From Nitrospirota bacterium (lineage in GTDB: Bacteria; Nitrospirota; UBA9217): 64,000 nucleotides of DNA. A program made the position numbers and the translations under genes. Below, piece by piece: positions 59,668 through 64,000 of the stretch. Position 1 is the first letter of the stretch, and each line of letters opens with the position of its first letter. The notes under the pieces were generated by a model. It was given only the letters and a program-made list of their open reading frames with translations, ran no database searches and was not told the DNA's origin. Where the stretch lies: positions 512,001 to 576,000 of the forward strand of contig CAVTRN010000002.1 in the NCBI GenBank assembly GCA_963737155.1, given 5' to 3'.

Positions 59668-61406
59668 TAAATAGTTATAGCCATTTCGTTGGAGTAATTA
59701 CTTTCTTGTCCTGCTGTGTCCACATCCGAGAGGACAAAATAATACGTTCCGTGCGTTAGGTTTAATGTTTCGGTAATTGTCGTGAGTCCGGGATTTGGAA
59801 TGCTTACGACTTGTGTATAAACGCCTGATGCAGTTCCGTAATATATCTTATATGTTTGTATATCAGCCACCGGATTCAGCGGAGTTCCATCTGAATACGT
59901 CGTCGGGGCGTCCCAGGTAAGCGTTACAACGGCCGGTGCCTTAACTGTCAGTGATGCAGTCCCTGAAGTGCCTCCGAAGGAAGCAGAAATGACAGTCGAT
60001 CCGGTAGCTACGGCAGTGGCAAGCCCATTCGAGCCCGCTGCGTTGCTGACTGTTGCAACACCCGCGTTAGAGGTACTCCAGGTTGCCACGGCGGTCAGGT
60101 TCTGCGTCGTGCTGTTTGAGTACGTACCGGTAGCCGTAAATTGCTGCGTCGATCCCGTCGGGAGAGAAGAAGCAAGAGGCGTTATGGCAATTGAAACCAA
60201 TGTTTCCATAGATACAGTCAACTTGGTTGATCCTGATATACTCCCTGACGTAGCCGTGATCGTTACCATGCCTGGGGCTACCGCAGTGGCCAATCCTTTT
60301 GAACCTGCAGCGTTGCTGATGGCTGCGACAGATGTCGTCGATGAAACCCACGTCACGGACGTTGTCAGGTTTTGCGTCGAATTGTCGGAATACGTCCCTG
60401 TGGCAGTGAATTGCTGGGTGGTCCGGAGCGCGATGCTTGGATTGGCCGGCGTTATCGCCAGGGAAACGAGCGTTGCCGATGTTACGGTCAGCGTAGTAGA
60501 TCCTGACGTCGAACCCGATGTTGCCGTGATCGTTGTCGAGCCTGCGGCTATCGGTGTGGCCAGGCCTATTGAACCGGCTGTATTACTGATATTTGCTACA
60601 GACGTCGCCGACGAAGTCCAGGCTACTGACGTCGTCAGATTCTGTGTGGTGTTGTCGGAAAATATTCCAGTTGCTACGAACTGATAAGTCATTCCCAGTG
60701 CAATGCTCGGATTGGTGGGTGTTATTTCCAGGGAAACAAGCGTTGCCGGCGTTACCGTCAGCGTAGTAGATCCCGACATCGAACCCGATGCTGCCGTGAT
60801 CGTTGTCGAGCCCGCGGCTACCGGGGTGGCCAGTCCTATTGAACCGGCTGTATTACTGATATTTGCTATAGACGTCGCCGACGAAGTCCAGGCTACTGAC
60901 GTCGTCAGATTCTGTGTGGTGTTGTCAGAAAATATTCCTGTTGCTATGAACTGATAAGTCATTCCCCGTGCAATGCTCGGGTTGGTGGGCGTTATTTCCA
61001 GGGAAACAAGCGTTGCCGGTGTTACTGTCAGCGTAGTAGATCCTGACGTCGAACCCGATGTCGCCGTGATTATCGTAGAGCCGATGGCTGCTGCAGTAGC
61101 CACTCCCAGTGAACCCGCCGTATTGCTGATTCCTGCGACAGATGGTGACGATGAACTCCAGACTACCATCGATGTCAGGTCCTGGGTGGTGCTATCGGAA
61201 AATGTTCCCGTTGCAATGAACTGCTGAGATGTGCCCTTCGCTATGCTCGGGTTTGCAGGGGTGACTGCAAGGGACACGAGCGTTGCATTCACAGATACAC
61301 TTTGCACAGAAGACGAAACTGCGCCACCTCCTCCACATCCACCCAAGCTTATAAAAACACACAGAGATAGCAGCAAAATTTCAAATTTGTTGTGTCTACT
61401 AAACAT
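59667..61406 (-). CDS. surface lipoprotein with five Big_2-type Ig-like repeats and a C-terminal FnIII-like domain
   Basis: Lipobox-like LGGC; repeated TLVSL.ITP..QF.ATG.(F/Y)SD..TQ.LT..V.W.SS; C-terminal LTWDAP..YKIYYG..ESNYSNE. Confidence 0.9.
   Translation of the reverse strand: MFSRHNKFEILLLSLCVFISLGGCGGGGAVSSSVQSVSVNATLVSLAVTPANPSIAKGTSQQFIATGTFSDSTTQDLTSMVVWSSSSPSVAGISNTAGSLGVATAAAIGSTIITATSGSTSGSTTLTVTPATLVSLEITPTNPSIARGMTYQFIATGIFSDNTTQNLTTSVAWTSSATSIANISNTAGSIGLATPVAAGSTTITAASGSMSGSTTLTVTPATLVSLEITPTNPSIALGMTYQFVATGIFSDNTTQNLTTSVAWTSSATSVANISNTAGSIGLATPIAAGSTTITATSGSTSGSTTLTVTSATLVSLAITPANPSIALRTTQQFTATGTYSDNSTQNLTTSVTWVSSTTSVAAISNAAGSKGLATAVAPGMVTITATSGSISGSTKLTVSMETLVSIAITPLASSLPTGSTQQFTATGTYSNSTTQNLTAVATWSTSNAGVATVSNAAGSNGLATAVATGSTVISASFGGTSGTASLTVKAPAVVTLTWDAPTTYSDGTPLNPVADIQTYKIYYGTASGVYTQVVSIPNPGLTTITETLNLTHGTYYFVLSDVDTAGQESNYSNEMAITI
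59940..61290 (-). repeat. intragenic tandem repeats of about 270 bp (90 aa), five units
   Basis: Units near 60480-60750 and 60750-61020 are almost identical at DNA level. Confidence 0.85.
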
Positions 61407-62795
61407 GTGATTTTCCTGTTATACGCAGAATTCAGGTTGAAAGTTTACAAGTTTTCATGGATGGTATCTGCAACAGATGCAGGGATGAGCCGATACGCAT
61501 GCTTCAACTACAGTGCTACACATGATCTGAAATTATGTCTATTGCGTTTGCACCTACAATCCTGTAATTTGAAAAAGTGAAACAATCATTAGATACTTCT
61601 TGAAGTTCGCGACAGTTACTTCTTTCCATTCTCCATAACTATTTTTTTGGCAAACGTAATTTCAGGGCCTTTTCTTGTTTGAAACTGGTGTAAATATGTG
61701 GACAAAAGTTTAACGTTGTGATACACATAAACCAATTATGCGTTCAAATCCTAAAGCCTTCTTCTACGCCTTAGTTCAAACCGCTATTGTTTCATGCAAA
61801 GGTGGTGGGTAAATCTTCTGAATGGATGGGTTGATTATATGAAATAATTACTTAATGTCAAGAAATTTTATGAACATTTTAAGGGATGTTAACTATAAGG
61901 ACATAGGTTACAAGATTGTAACGGGCCAAAACGTCAAGATATCTGTTTCTGATGCACCTCGTTACTCTTTGCTCATCGTTTCAGCCATGATCATGTCTTT
62001 CGCATTTTCATGAATAGAGGTAACTACCAAATAGTACAAGAAGGCTCTTCGTTTTTGTATTCTCCTACCTGTACCGTATAACAAAAACACAATGTCGATG
62101 TTTTCCAACAGAATATTTGATAAAATGTTGCAGAATCCAGCTATAAAAATGATTAAAGTACTCTTAGCGCTTTTAAGAGATAAACGGGTTTTCATGACAC
62201 CGTGACTTTTGGATCTCTGGAGGGATAGACGAAGCAAAAATTCTGAAGTGGTTGTGGTGGAAGGAGGGCCATTTTTCAATGTTGGAACAATGTGGTTTGC
62301 AAGATTCAGCTTGGTCTACTTCCACCACCCTTTGACCTAAATAAAGTACGTTGAGCAAAAGGCTCGAAGAACAAAAGAGATTAGGTAAAGGGATTACGAG
62401 GGTGAAGCAACACCGCAACCATACAACGTTAACAGAATATCTTGGGAAAAAACTTGAAATATTTTATAGAAGAGCATGAAAATTGAGTTGCAAAAAATGG
62501 GAACTCAACTTAAGGAAATAGCGAGGACTAAAAACTTCAAGCTGAATTATTCATTTTCTTTTTGATCCTGGTCCTCCGAGCTCCACCTGCTATCCTGGAA
62601 AATTCATATTTTATGACGATTTCAAGGAAATCTAGATGTATCTTGCATCGAGATTTTGTTCCTGTTTTGTCTGGATCAGTTTGTGGGGAACCCTCACAAC
62701 ACAAAAAAACTAAATCTTCACCCCGTAAAATAACCGTGGACAGGTCAGGAAACGCTATTTTCACTCACCTACGAGGTATTGCCTAAAGTCTGGTA

Positions 62796-64000
62796 TCACT
62801 TTTTTCTGCTATTGAGCGAATCATTAAGCACTGAATTCAATGTTCTCCGCAGATCTTCTATATTGTAGGGTTTCTTAAGGAAGGAACGGAAACCCTGCTT
62901 ACGATAATTCGACAAGGCCGCGTCATCAGAATAGCCGCTCGATACGATAGCGTTAACATCCGGATCGAGCTCGATCAATTTTTGCAGAGTCTCCATTCCG
63001 CCCATCCCTCCCCGGATGGTCAAGTCCAGGATAACAGCGTCAAAGGGAAGACTGGCTTCACGTGCGGCCCAATAGGCCGCAAGCGCGGATTCGCCTGTTT
63101 CCGCAACGGCGACATCATGACCCAATGCGGTAAGCAATTCTCCCGCAACCTCTCTGATCATTTCCTCGTCATCCATGATCAGAATCCTGCCCTTCCTTAT
63201 CGTTGCAGGGCTTGCCGAGCCTATCGGTTCTTCCACCTCTGAACTAGTCAAGGGAAGATAGATAAAGACGGTGGTCCCTTTACCGACTTCGGATTGTATG
63301 CGGACCAGGCCCTCGTGGTTTTTGATGATTGAATAAGCAGTGGCGAGCCCCAGTCCGCTCCCTTTCTCCTTGGTAGTGTAGTAAGGATCGAATATCCTCG
63401 TAAGATTATCTGCCGGAATTCCCATGCCTTGGTCACGGATCGATATTTCCACGAGGTTGCCCTGCAAGTCGGCCGGTGGTACAATCGCTGCAGCAGGCAT
63501 GTTCCGGACCGATACCCGGATCATACCGCCCAGTGGCATCGCCTGAGCGGCGTTTAGCACGATGTTCTGTATCACTTGGCCAATTTGTCCCTCATCTGCT
63601 TCGACTGTACGGGGGTTGCCATCCATAGCTATCTCGTATTTAATGCGAGAGCCACTTAGAGCGAATGCCACCGAGTTCTCAATCAATGGCCGGAGGGCAA
63701 AAACCTTCTTCACCGGCTTCCCCCCCTTGGAAAAGGTGAGGAGCTGAGAAGTGAGATTGACCGACTGATGCAATGCTTTTTCTGCCTGCGTGAGCATGTC
63801 GAGCGACTTTTCTTTCTGATCAAGGGTGAGTTTGGCCATGGAGATAAATCCGAAAATACCCTGAAGGAGATTGTTGAAGTCATGAGCGATGCCGCCGGCG
63901 AGCGTGCCGATAGACTCAAGCTTCTGTGTCTTGAGTCTTTCATCCTCAAAGAGGCGTTGATCTGTGATGTCCCATAGGATACCATTGATCCTTGCGGGAA
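62796..64000 (-). CDS. hybrid histidine kinase with C-terminal receiver (5' part beyond the window)
   Basis: Frame open to the window end: KLESIGTLAGGIAHDFNNLL, NAAQAM, DQGMG, TTKEKGSGLGL, REC MDDE..DLTI..KPY. Confidence 0.93.
   Translation of the reverse strand, partial: PARINGILWDITDQRLFEDERLKTQKLESIGTLAGGIAHDFNNLLQGIFGFISMAKLTLDQKEKSLDMLTQAEKALHQSVNLTSQLLTFSKGGKPVKKVFALRPLIENSVAFALSGSRIKYEIAMDGNPRTVEADEGQIGQVIQNIVLNAAQAMPLGGMIRVSVRNMPAAAIVPPADLQGNLVEISIRDQGMGIPADNLTRIFDPYYTTKEKGSGLGLATAYSIIKNHEGLVRIQSEVGKGTTVFIYLPLTSSEVEEPIGSASPATIRKGRILIMDDEEMIREVAGELLTALGHDVAVAETGESALAAYWAAREASLPFDAVILDLTIRGGMGGMETLQKLIELDPDVNAIVSSGYSDDAALSNYRKQGFRSFLKKPYNIEDLRRTLNSVLNDSLNSRKK

Noticed and set aside
61410-62790. 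Long AT-rich gap that could hide an ncRNA or gene
   Set aside because: Only stop-interrupted readings with no recognisable family and no convincing structure; probably a decayed gene, unresolved without a search.

Overview
Bacterial accessory-type region of about 50% GC by eye. Gene content and mobile elements resemble Nitrospirota or Desulfobacterota; this taxonomy is inference. Bases 1-12.1 kb hold a C-P lyase phosphonate cluster (phnM-G-H-I-J-K-L, three accessory enzymes, phnD-C-EE). The rest is a mosaic of stress, signalling and envelope genes, heavily interspersed with mobile DNA. Full-length elements are two near-identical ISNCY/IS5-like copies (each inserted exactly on a host stop codon), IS1182-like, IS256, IS1380, an IS200/IS605 element with a decayed TnpA but an intact and unusually large 616-aa TnpB-like nuclease, and an IS607 element with an atypical TnpB. 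Smaller or decayed elements are a 100-bp MITE, a PATE-like element and remnants of ISL3 and IS110; vapBC and SRAP genes are also decayed. The best candidate for an undescribed system is a tight four-gene operon of a corrinoid protein, an MtaA-like methyltransferase with an altered zinc motif, a RACo/RamA-type activator and a GAF-like histidine kinase. It has no substrate-specific methyltransferase and lies divergent from a c-di-GMP-I (GEMM) riboswitch upstream of a second kinase. No tRNA, rRNA or CRISPR array was seen. All calls come from motif recognition by eye; no database searches were run.
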